Part shown: piece by piece, positions 1 to 8,075 of the stretch
Position numbering within the stretch: the first letter of the stretch is position 1
Layout: every line of letters starts with the position of its first letter
NCBI GenBank assembly: GCA_963682135.1
Contig: OY821645.1
Coordinates: 896,001 to 960,000 of the forward strand
Length of the DNA stretch: 64,000 bases
Origin: Methanothrix sp.
GTDB lineage: Archaea; Halobacteriota; Methanosarcinia; Methanotrichales; Methanotrichaceae
Direction: 5' to 3'
Position numbers and translations under genes: made by a program
The notes under the pieces: generated by a model
Seen by the model: the letters and a program-made list of their open reading frames with translations, nothing else
What the model was told of the DNA's origin: nothing
Database searches by the model: none

Positions 1-157
1 GGCGTCCGGTTTTGCGGATGGGCTGCTCGATCAAATGGCGAAGAAACGCTGCCTGGTGCAGAGCCCTCAGGATTGCAGCAAGTGCACGGATCGATGGCTA
101 TGTGGAGGCCCGTGTCTGGCACATTATTATACAGCGGGTTTAGATCTGAATGAGTAA
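1..157 (+). CDS. 3' end of a radical SAM/SPASM-domain protein (partial)
   Basis: Frame 2 reads ...DCSKCTDRWLCGGPCLAH..., a CxxCx5Cx3C SPASM-type motif; TAA at 155-157. Confidence 0.7.
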   Translation, partial: ASGFADGLLDQMAKKRCLVQSPQDCSKCTDRWLCGGPCLAHYYTAGLDLNE

Positions 158-202
158 TTACTTATCACTCAAAAGCATATTATCCAATATTTAGGTGATT
201 TA

Positions 203-478
203 ATGAATTTCGAACACGTCGCAGGAAAAGATAAAGGCAAGATCAGGCTCTTTGCCCTGAGCACCTGTATCTGGTGCAAGAAGACCCGGGAGCTCTTATC
301 ATCTATGGGCGTGGCCTTCGACTACATTTATGTTGACCTATTAAAAGGAGAAAAGAGAGCTGAGGCAGTAGCCGAGGTTAAGAAATACAACCCAAGCCTC
401 TCGTTTCCAACGCTTGTCATTGGCGAGAAATCCATTGTAGGATTGAAAGAAAAGGAGATCAAGGAGGCGCTGGGCTGA
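203..478 (+). CDS. Glutaredoxin/NrdH-like redoxin
   Basis: 91 aa with CIWC active site and SFPT cis-Pro motif. Confidence 0.9.
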   Translation: MNFEHVAGKDKGKIRLFALSTCIWCKKTRELLSSMGVAFDYIYVDLLKGEKRAEAVAEVKKYNPSLSFPTLVIGEKSIVGLKEKEIKEALG

Positions 479-1023
479 TGGCGCAGGATTTTGTTGAGCC
501 CGCGGGCGAGGAAGTTGATAACTTATGCTCTCGCCTGGATAAAGATGCCAGACAGGGTGGATACAATCTCAATCCCGATGCGGATTTCGTGAGAGGCCTG
601 GTGAAAGGTCTGCTCATAAACGAGAGGCGATACGGCTACCGTGCCTGTCCCTGTCGCCTGGCCTCCGGCGATAAGGCCGAGGACCTGGATCTCATCTGCC
701 CATGTGACTACCGAGATGCGGATATCACTGAATTTGGGGCCTGCTACTGTGCGCTTTATGTCTCCAAAGCCGTTCTGTTGGGAAAGAAGGAGCTTTCCTC
801 CATTCCAGAGAGAAGGCTTCCTCCCGAAGAGAGAGAGAAGCTGCGGCAAAAGAAACAGGCATCTGCTGAGGCGTTGGGTGCTGATATCGCCAGGGTGGCT
901 TTCAAGCTATCCCTTCCTGTGTGGAGATGCACTGTCTGCGGCTATCTCTGCGCCAGAGATGGGCCTCCTGAGGTCTGTCCCATCTGCAAGGTCGGCAAGG
1001 AAAGATTTGAGCGGTTTATTTAG
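478..1023 (+). CDS. Ferredoxin:thioredoxin/disulfide reductase catalytic subunit fused to a C-terminal rubredoxin-like domain
   Basis: CPCR, CPC and CYC FTR motifs; C-terminal WRCTVCGY...CPIC; TGATG coupling to the glutaredoxin. Confidence 0.9.
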   Translation: MAQDFVEPAGEEVDNLCSRLDKDARQGGYNLNPDADFVRGLVKGLLINERRYGYRACPCRLASGDKAEDLDLICPCDYRDADITEFGACYCALYVSKAVLLGKKELSSIPERRLPPEEREKLRQKKQASAEALGADIARVAFKLSLPVWRCTVCGYLCARDGPPEVCPICKVGKERFERFI

Positions 1024-1025
1024 CC

Positions 1026-3506
1026 ATGACCGCTAACAAAAAGGCCGAGCTGAAGGTTGCCGGCATGGTTTGCGCCGCCTGCACTGCGGCCATCGAGAAG
1101 GCCTTGCGCAATTTGGATGGGGTGGCGTTGGCTCAGGTCAACCTGGGCACGGAGACGGCATCGGTAGAATATGATCCCGAGAAGCTGCGTCTCGCTGATT
1201 TGGAAAAGGCGGTTCAGGATGCCGGCTACGATGTGATCGATGAAAAAGTTGTTCTCAAGATAGGGGGCATGGTCTGCGCCATGTGCGTGGGGGCGCTGGA
1301 GATCGCCCTCAAGAAGCTGGATGGCGTTGTGGAGGTGCGCGTTAACCTGGCATCGGAGAAGGCCTATGTCACATTCAATCCCAGCATGGTTGGCCTGGAG
1401 GACATGAAGAAAGCCGTAGTCGATACGGGTTACGAGTTCCTGGGCAGGGAAGGTGAAGACGAGAAAGCATTGGCCGACCGGGAGAAGGAAGCCCGTCAAA
1501 GGGATATGGCAGACAAGAAGCGGCGCATCATCATCGGCTTTGCCACCAGCCTCTTTCTCATGGCTCTCATGTACCTGCCTGTGCACCAAATCGTGCCCAT
1601 GCAGATTTCAATGGCCTATCCCAATTTCATGAGCCTCTTCATGCTCGCAGTATCTGCTCCCGTCTTTGTTTATGTGAGCTACCCCATCTTTCGGGCTGCA
1701 CTGCGCTCTCTTGCCAATCGAAATCTGGATATGGATGTCATGTACGGCATGGGCATCGGCGTGGCCTATGGCTCTTCCATTCTGGGTACATTCGGAATAG
1801 TCCTGACCTCAGACTTCATGTTTTATGAGACGGCAGTGATGCTGGCTTCTTTTCTCACCCTGGGTCGCTACCTGGAAGCGGGGGCCAAAGGCCGCACCTC
1901 TGAGGCGATTAAAAAGCTGGTGGGCCTTGTGCCCAAGAGAGCCATCATTCTCCGGGACGGGCGGGAGATTGAGGTGTCCGTGGATGAGGTGATGGTGGGC
2001 GATCGGCTATTGGTCAAGCCCGGCGAAAAGATTCCGGCGGATGGCACCGTCACGGCAGGAGAGAGCTACGTGGATGAAGCCATGATCACCGGCGAGAGCG
2101 TTCCCGCTTTCAAGGAGCCGGGCAGCCGGGTGGTGGGCGGCACCCTCAACAAAAACGGCTCTCTCCAGTTCTCGGCCACCCGCATCGGAAAGGACACCGT
2201 CCTGGCCCAGATCATCTCTCTGGTAGAGCAGGCGCAGGGGACCAGGCCGACGGTGCAGAGAATCGCCGACCGTGCGGTGGCCTATTTCATTCCTACCATC
2301 CTTACAATCGCCTTCGCAGCATTTGTTTACTGGTATTTTGTGGCTCATAATACTCTGCTCTTCTCACTCACTGCTCTCATATCCGTGTTAGTAGTAGCCT
2401 GCCCCTGTGCCCTGGGTTTGGCCACACCCACGGCAATTACGGTAGGCATTGGCCGGGGAGCGGAACTGGGCATTCTTATCAAGAGCGGAGAAGCTCTGGA
2501 AGCCTCAGATAAGCTCAAGGTCGTCGCCTTCGACAAGACCGGCACACTGACCGTGGGCAGGCCCGATGTCACGGACATAACTGCCTTTGGCGTGAGCGAA
2601 ATGGAGATGCTGCGCCTGGCAGCTTCTGCAGAGCGGCCTTCTGAGCATCCCCTTGCCGAGGCGGTGGTGCGAAAAGCCCAGGAGCAAAACTTCGCTTTAG
2701 GAGATGCAGAGAAATTCGAGGCCCGGCCGGGAAAGGGTGTGCTGGCCCAGGTGGCTGGTCGGAGCGTTGCGGCCGGAAACCGCATGCTTTTCACTGATTT
2801 GGCCATCGAACTGATCCCCGCATTGCTGGAACGAGCATCAGGCTATGAAGAACAGGGTAAAACGGCGGTGCTCGTCGCTCTGGATGGCCGGGCCTGCGGC
2901 GTTCTGGCCATCTCCGACCGGCTGAAGGCATCGGCCCAGCAGGCCGTATCCGATCTGCAGAAGATGAATTTGTCTGTGGTGATGATCACCGGCGACAACT
3001 CAAGAAGCGCGGCAGCGGTGGCAGGCCAGCTGGGCATAAAAGAGGTTCTCTCCGAGGTCTTGCCGGAAGATAAATCTCAGGAGATCAAGAGGCTGCAGCA
3101 GAGCGGCAGCAAGGTAGCCTTTGTGGGAGACGGCATCAATGACGCTCCCGCTCTGGCCCAGGCCGATGTGGGCATTGCCATCGGCAGCGGCACGGATGTG
3201 GCTATTGAGACCGGCGAGATTGTGCTGATGAAGGACGACCTGCTCGGCGTCGTGGCGGCCATTGAGCTTAGCCGCAAGGTGATCTCGCGAATCAAGCTGA
3301 ATATCTTCTGGGCCTTTGCCTACAACGTGGCCCTGGTTCCCGTGGCAGCGGGTGCGCTCTATCCGGCATTCGGCATCACCTTCCGCCCGGAGCTGGCAGG
3401 GTTGGCGATGGCTCTCAGCTCAGTTACTGTCATCTCCTTCTCGCTCCTGCTCAAAAAGTATATACCGCCGGCAATACAAAACAGGAACAGAAGCGAAATA
3501 TTGTGA
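1026..3506 (+). CDS. copA: Copper-translocating P1B-type ATPase
   Basis: Two GMxCxxC HMA domains, TGES, CPCALGLATP, DKTGT, SEHP, GDGINDAP, YN. Confidence 0.95.
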   Translation: MTANKKAELKVAGMVCAACTAAIEKALRNLDGVALAQVNLGTETASVEYDPEKLRLADLEKAVQDAGYDVIDEKVVLKIGGMVCAMCVGALEIALKKLDGVVEVRVNLASEKAYVTFNPSMVGLEDMKKAVVDTGYEFLGREGEDEKALADREKEARQRDMADKKRRIIIGFATSLFLMALMYLPVHQIVPMQISMAYPNFMSLFMLAVSAPVFVYVSYPIFRAALRSLANRNLDMDVMYGMGIGVAYGSSILGTFGIVLTSDFMFYETAVMLASFLTLGRYLEAGAKGRTSEAIKKLVGLVPKRAIILRDGREIEVSVDEVMVGDRLLVKPGEKIPADGTVTAGESYVDEAMITGESVPAFKEPGSRVVGGTLNKNGSLQFSATRIGKDTVLAQIISLVEQAQGTRPTVQRIADRAVAYFIPTILTIAFAAFVYWYFVAHNTLLFSLTALISVLVVACPCALGLATPTAITVGIGRGAELGILIKSGEALEASDKLKVVAFDKTGTLTVGRPDVTDITAFGVSEMEMLRLAASAERPSEHPLAEAVVRKAQEQNFALGDAEKFEARPGKGVLAQVAGRSVAAGNRMLFTDLAIELIPALLERASGYEEQGKTAVLVALDGRACGVLAISDRLKASAQQAVSDLQKMNLSVVMITGDNSRSAAAVAGQLGIKEVLSEVLPEDKSQEIKRLQQSGSKVAFVGDGINDAPALAQADVGIAIGSGTDVAIETGEIVLMKDDLLGVVAAIELSRKVISRIKLNIFWAFAYNVALVPVAAGALYPAFGITFRPELAGLAMALSSVTVISFSLLLKKYIPPAIQNRNRSEIL

Positions 3507-3516
3507 GGCTGAAAAA

Positions 3517-3663
3517 ATGGCGATAGATCCGATATGCAAGATGACTGTTGATGAGAAGACTGCCAAGCTCAAGAGCGAGTATAAAGGCAAGATGTACTAC
3601 TTCTGTGCTCCGGGATGCAAGAAGGCTTTTGAGGCAAATCCGGAAAAGTATCTGGGAAGCTGA
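3517..3663 (+). CDS. YHS/TRASH metal-binding protein, 48 aa
   Basis: MAIDPICKM...YYFCAPGCKKAFEANPEKY directly after copA. Confidence 0.9.
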   Translation: MAIDPICKMTVDEKTAKLKSEYKGKMYYFCAPGCKKAFEANPEKYLGS

Positions 3664-3990
3664 GCGCGGTGGAGGCTGGCGCTCGAAATTTTTGCTATTG
3701 AAGAGAATAATCCCAAATGAAATGTCAGAGTTACACCTGTCTTCTCATCGGATGTCCAAACGGGCTCTGCAAGCCCCCTTTCTTTGCATTTTCTCAAGAT
3801 TAGGACACTACCTCGCCCTATCTTCTCCATAAAACCACGCAAATAAAGAACATGTGCGATATCGGGGTTCCTAAGCACGGAAAGATGTCCGTTGATCAGT
3901 GTCTCTGGGGTAATCCCTTCCGGCAAGCTGCCTGCACTCCATAGCCGCCAGACCCCATTAGTCTTGAATACGATTGGATTATCTACTGCA
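3664..3990 (-). pseudogene. Fragment of an ATP-binding transcriptional regulator (RecG-like C-terminal/HATPase_c_4 region)
   Basis: SAGSLPEGITPETL...SVLRNPDIAHVLY...MEKIGRG motif with no N-terminal domain; bounds approximate. Confidence 0.6.
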
Positions 3991-4035
3991 AAATCCTCAA
4001 GATATTTAAGCCACGACCTATACCCTACTATTACC

Positions 4036-5445
4036 ATGGACAAATTCGATCTTATCGTCATCGGCTCGGGCGCGGGCACGCACGTGGCTTCTCAAGCCAG
4101 GCATGCGGGACTGAAAGTCGCCCTGGTAGATCAGGGCCCCACGGGCGGCACCTGTCTGAACAACGGCTGCGTTCCTTCCAAGATGCTCATCTATCCGGCT
4201 GATGTCATAAGGACCATCCAGGATGCAATAGCCGTGGGTGTGCACGCCGAGATCAATGAGATCGATTTTCCGGCTATTATGAGCCGCATGCATGCGGTAG
4301 TGGATAAAACGCGAAAGAGCCTGGAAGAGGCTTTGCAGGCCAAAGAGAATTTGACCTATTTTCAGGATCGAGCGGAGTTCATCGACGACTATGTCTTGGC
4401 AGTAGGCGGCAAGACCATTACTGCACCAAAAATAGTGATCGCCACGGGTGCCCGGTCTCTCGTGCCGAACATTCCCGGTTTGCAGGAGGCGGGCTTCCTG
4501 GACAATGTCTCGCTGCTGCGGCTGCGGGCTCTGCCAGCAAGCCTGATCATCATTGGGGCAGGCTACATCGGCTGCGAATTCGGCCATTTCTTCTCAGCTA
4601 TGGGTAGTAAGGTTACCATCCTGGGGCGCAGCCCTCAGGTGCTCAAGGGTGAAGATCCGGAAGCGTCCGGATTGGTGCAGAGAGTGCTCTCCTTGTACAT
4701 GCGGGTGATCACCAGCCATGAGGTCGTCTCCGTGGAGAAAAAGGGTGACAAGAAGGTCGTCTCTGCCAGAAATATGGAGGACGGCAAGATCCATCAGTTT
4801 GAAGCTGACGAGATTCTCCTGGCTGCGGGGCGTCGCTCCAACTCCGATATGCTCCATCCGGAGAAGAGCGGCATAAAGACCGATAAGAACGGCTGGATCA
4901 TGGTGGACGAGTATCTGGAAACCAGCAAGAAAGGGATAATGGCATTGGGCGACGCCGTCGGCAAGCACATGTTCCGGCACACGGCCAACTACGAGTCAGA
5001 AGTCGTCTCCCATAATTTGCTTCGGGCTAAAGAGAGTGAGGACCGGGAAGCTGCCGACTACCACGCCGTGCCTTATGCCATCTTCACTCACCCCCAGCTG
5101 GCAGGTGTGGGCATGAAGGAGGCGGACGCCCTTGCTGCCGGACTGAAGGTGCTGATCGGGCGGGCTACGTATTTGGACGTGGCCAAGGGCGTGGCCATGG
5201 CGCAGGAGCATAGCCTGGTTAAAGTGATCCTGGAGGTGGAGACAGGACGCATCTTGGGAGCAACGGTCGTCGGCCCCATGGCTTCAGAGCTGGTGCAGCA
5301 GGTGGTCTACCTCATGAACACCGAGTACCAGGATTTGATGCCGGTCATAAAATCACAGGTAATTCACCCCACCATAAATGAGGTGCTGGTGCGCGCTTTC
5401 TCAGAACTGGAGCATCCAGCTCATCAGCCCGGTCCGAGCCGGTAG
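4036..5445 (+). CDS. Dihydrolipoamide dehydrogenase-family pyridine nucleotide-disulfide oxidoreductase
   Basis: GSGAG, GGTCLNNGCVPSK redox disulfide, GAGYIG, HPTINE. Confidence 0.9.
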   Translation: MDKFDLIVIGSGAGTHVASQARHAGLKVALVDQGPTGGTCLNNGCVPSKMLIYPADVIRTIQDAIAVGVHAEINEIDFPAIMSRMHAVVDKTRKSLEEALQAKENLTYFQDRAEFIDDYVLAVGGKTITAPKIVIATGARSLVPNIPGLQEAGFLDNVSLLRLRALPASLIIIGAGYIGCEFGHFFSAMGSKVTILGRSPQVLKGEDPEASGLVQRVLSLYMRVITSHEVVSVEKKGDKKVVSARNMEDGKIHQFEADEILLAAGRRSNSDMLHPEKSGIKTDKNGWIMVDEYLETSKKGIMALGDAVGKHMFRHTANYESEVVSHNLLRAKESEDREAADYHAVPYAIFTHPQLAGVGMKEADALAAGLKVLIGRATYLDVAKGVAMAQEHSLVKVILEVETGRILGATVVGPMASELVQQVVYLMNTEYQDLMPVIKSQVIHPTINEVLVRAFSELEHPAHQPGPSR

Positions 5446-5541
5446 ATAAAAGAAGAGCAGTATGCCGGTTGGGAAATATAGAGCTTATGCGCGGCATGCT
5501 GCAAGCATTCTCAGGTGGTGAATTCTGAGTATAAAATTGTT

Positions 5542-5658
5542 TCAATTATCGTTATGATCCTCCGCCAAGTGCAGCTTGAGTTCTTCCTTTGATTCAAAGA
5601 CCATACGACAGATTTTGCATTTGAACTTTCCTTCTCGTTTGGATGCGGCGTTGGCCAT
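5542..5658 (-). CDS. 38-aa single C2H2 zinc-finger protein (not in ORF track)
   Basis: MANAASKREGKFKCKICRMVFESKEELKLHLAEDHNDN*, preceded by a GGGGTGTGA SD-like sequence. Confidence 0.75.
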   Translation of the reverse strand: MANAASKREGKFKCKICRMVFESKEELKLHLAEDHNDN

Positions 5659-5761
5659 TATCACACCCCGATAGTTCGTACCTGCCGTTTCAGTAGATTC
5701 TCATTATTATTTAGTTTTTCGTTGCGATTGGGCTAAATACTTTGCAGACCTAAAATTAACT

Positions 5762-5926
5762 ATGTCTCAAAAATATCAGTGCACCATTTGCGGATACATC
5801 TACGACCCAGAAAAAGGAGATCCCGACTCAGGAATTGCTCCCGGAACCTCCTTTGCAGATCTGCCGCAAACATGGACCTGTCCGCAGTGCGGCGCAGCGA
5901 AAGATGATTTCCAAGAGATGAAATAG
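5762..5926 (+). CDS. Rubredoxin, 54 aa (not in ORF track)
   Basis: [40 protein letters not shown]. Confidence 0.95.
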   Translation: MSQKYQCTICGYIYDPEKGDPDSGIAPGTSFADLPQTWTCPQCGAAKDDFQEMK

Positions 5927-5968
5927 CTGGATAGGGACTTGGATAAGGAATGGGATAAGGACAATATC

Positions 5969-7147
5969 ATGGCGCTCACAAGAGAGATCAGACCCGGCGT
6001 CAAATGGGTCGGGGCAATAGACTGGGATCGCAGGCTCTTTGATGCATTAATTCCTCTGCCCGAGGGAACCAGCTATAACTCTTACCTCATCCAGGGCAGC
6101 GAGAAGACAGCACTTATTGATGCGGTAGACGAATCCATGGCTGATGTGCTGCAAGGCAACTTGGCAGCATTGGGCATTAAGAGAATCGACTACATCATCG
6201 CCCAGCATGCCGAGCAGGATCATTCAGGAAGCCTGAAAATGCTGCTCGATCTTTACCCCGATGCCAAAGTGCTCGGCTCTGCCAGGTGTCTGGATTTGCT
6301 CATGTTATTTGGACTGGTGAGCAGGACCCAGGTGCAAGAGATAAAAGACGGCGAGAAGATATCTCTGGGAGACAAAAGCCTGCAGTTCATTGTTGCTCCC
6401 TGGGTACACTGGCCGGATACGATATTCACCTATCTGGCCGAGGAGCGCATACTCTTTACCTGCGATTTTCTGGGCTCGCATCTGGCCGGCAGCGACCTTT
6501 ATGCCAGTGATGAAGCCGTCGTCTACCGGGCTGCCAAGAGATACTATGCCGAGATCATGATGCCCTTTCGCCAGAACATAAACCGGCACCTGGCCAGGAT
6601 TGCAAATCTGCCCATGGATGTCATCGCACCCAGCCACGGGCCGCTTTATGCCCGACCAGAGTTCATATTGGACGCCTACCGCGATTGGGCCTCGGAAAGA
6701 GTAAAAAATCAGGTGGTTTTGCCTTATGTTTCCATGCATGGGTCCACCCGTATCATGGTCGGCTACCTGGTAGAAGCTCTCATCTCCCGAGGAGTGGGCG
6801 TGAGACAATTTGATCTCACAAACTACGATGCAGGAGAGCTGGCTGAGTCTCTCGTGGATGCGGCAACTGTGGTCATAGGCACGCCTACCATTCTGGCAGG
6901 AGCGCATCCTCTGGCACTTTATGCAGCCATCCTGGCCAATGCCCTGCGGCCCAAGACAAGGTATGCTTCCATCATCGGCTCCTTTGGCTGGGGAGGCAAG
7001 ATGCTCGAGCAGATAACCGTTGCCCTGCCCAATCTGAAGCTGCAATTCTTCGATCCGGTAGTCGCCAAAGGTCGTCCCAAAGAAGCAGATTTCCAGGGCT
7101 TGGACCGGCTGGCGGATGAGATCGCTGCCAAGCATCGGGAACTCTAG
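5969..7147 (+). CDS. fprA: Flavodiiron protein (FprA family)
   Basis: GTSYNSYL, HAEQDHSG, PWVHWPD, PSHG, flavodoxin domain YVSMHGST. Confidence 0.92.
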   Translation: MALTREIRPGVKWVGAIDWDRRLFDALIPLPEGTSYNSYLIQGSEKTALIDAVDESMADVLQGNLAALGIKRIDYIIAQHAEQDHSGSLKMLLDLYPDAKVLGSARCLDLLMLFGLVSRTQVQEIKDGEKISLGDKSLQFIVAPWVHWPDTIFTYLAEERILFTCDFLGSHLAGSDLYASDEAVVYRAAKRYYAEIMMPFRQNINRHLARIANLPMDVIAPSHGPLYARPEFILDAYRDWASERVKNQVVLPYVSMHGSTRIMVGYLVEALISRGVGVRQFDLTNYDAGELAESLVDAATVVIGTPTILAGAHPLALYAAILANALRPKTRYASIIGSFGWGGKMLEQITVALPNLKLQFFDPVVAKGRPKEADFQGLDRLADEIAAKHREL

Positions 7148-7207
7148 ATCGCTTGACAGTGTTGGGAGAAAGAAAAAATGCAGGAAATTCGATTGAAGCG
7201 TTGAAGC

Positions 7208-8056
7208 ATGGTGATCTCAGGAACTCTCCTCTCTTATGTTTTGATGCTGCTGGCCACAGGTGTAGCAGTCGGTTTTTCCTGCGGCTTATTGGGTATCGGG
7301 GGCGGCTTTCTCATGGTGCCCGTGCAGATATGGGTGCTGACCTCCACGGGAATCGATCCCACCCTGGCCACCAGAATTGCTTTCGGAACCTCTCTGGCTG
7401 TGGTTCTGCCCACGGCTCTCTCCGGATGCCATGGTCATAACTGCCGGGGCGTGGTTCTCTGGCGACCGGGGATCATCATGGGCCTTTGTGGCCTTTTAGG
7501 GGCCTTTTTGGGTGGGAGCATTGCTGCTCACGCACCCGGAGATCTGCTCAGAATGCTCTTCGGATTCGTGGTGATGCTGGGGTCGATGAGGATGCTCTTT
7601 GCCAGGAGTCTGCTGCTCGGGCAGAGGGCGTTGCCAAAAGAGACAAGAGAAAGTCTCTTGCAGTATGTTCTTTGGGGACTGGTGGTAGGAGCTATATCCG
7701 GTCTGACCGGGATAGGCGGCGGTGTGATCCTGGTGCCGGCCATGGTTATCGCCATGGGCTTTGGCATGTATCAGGCCATCGGCACCTCGTCGGTAACAAT
7801 CGCATTCAATGCCGTGGGTGGGATCATCGCCTATGCCATTAACGGATGGGGCGTGCCCGGGCTTCCTGCGTACTGTTTAGGCTATATCGATCTGCTGCAA
7901 TTTGCACTGCTGGCGGGTGCAAGCATATTCACAGCTTCATGGGGAGTAAAGGTGGCCCACAGGCTGCCGGCGGAGAAGCTGAGGTACATCTTTGTTATGC
8001 TGATGATCTATATCGGACTGAATATGATTGGGGTCTTGGGGTGGGTTGGTCTGTGA
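7208..8056 (+). CDS. Sulfite exporter TauE/SafE family membrane protein
   Basis: Two GLxGIGGG repeats, multiple TM helices. Confidence 0.88.
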   Translation: MVISGTLLSYVLMLLATGVAVGFSCGLLGIGGGFLMVPVQIWVLTSTGIDPTLATRIAFGTSLAVVLPTALSGCHGHNCRGVVLWRPGIIMGLCGLLGAFLGGSIAAHAPGDLLRMLFGFVVMLGSMRMLFARSLLLGQRALPKETRESLLQYVLWGLVVGAISGLTGIGGGVILVPAMVIAMGFGMYQAIGTSSVTIAFNAVGGIIAYAINGWGVPGLPAYCLGYIDLLQFALLAGASIFTASWGVKVAHRLPAEKLRYIFVMLMIYIGLNMIGVLGWVGL

Positions 8057-8075
8057 ACTAAACAAAAATATTACA

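Noticed and set aside
5928-5963. Three 12-bp imperfect repeats (TGGATARGGA) before fprA
   Set aside because: Too short to assign a function; may simply provide SD-like sequence
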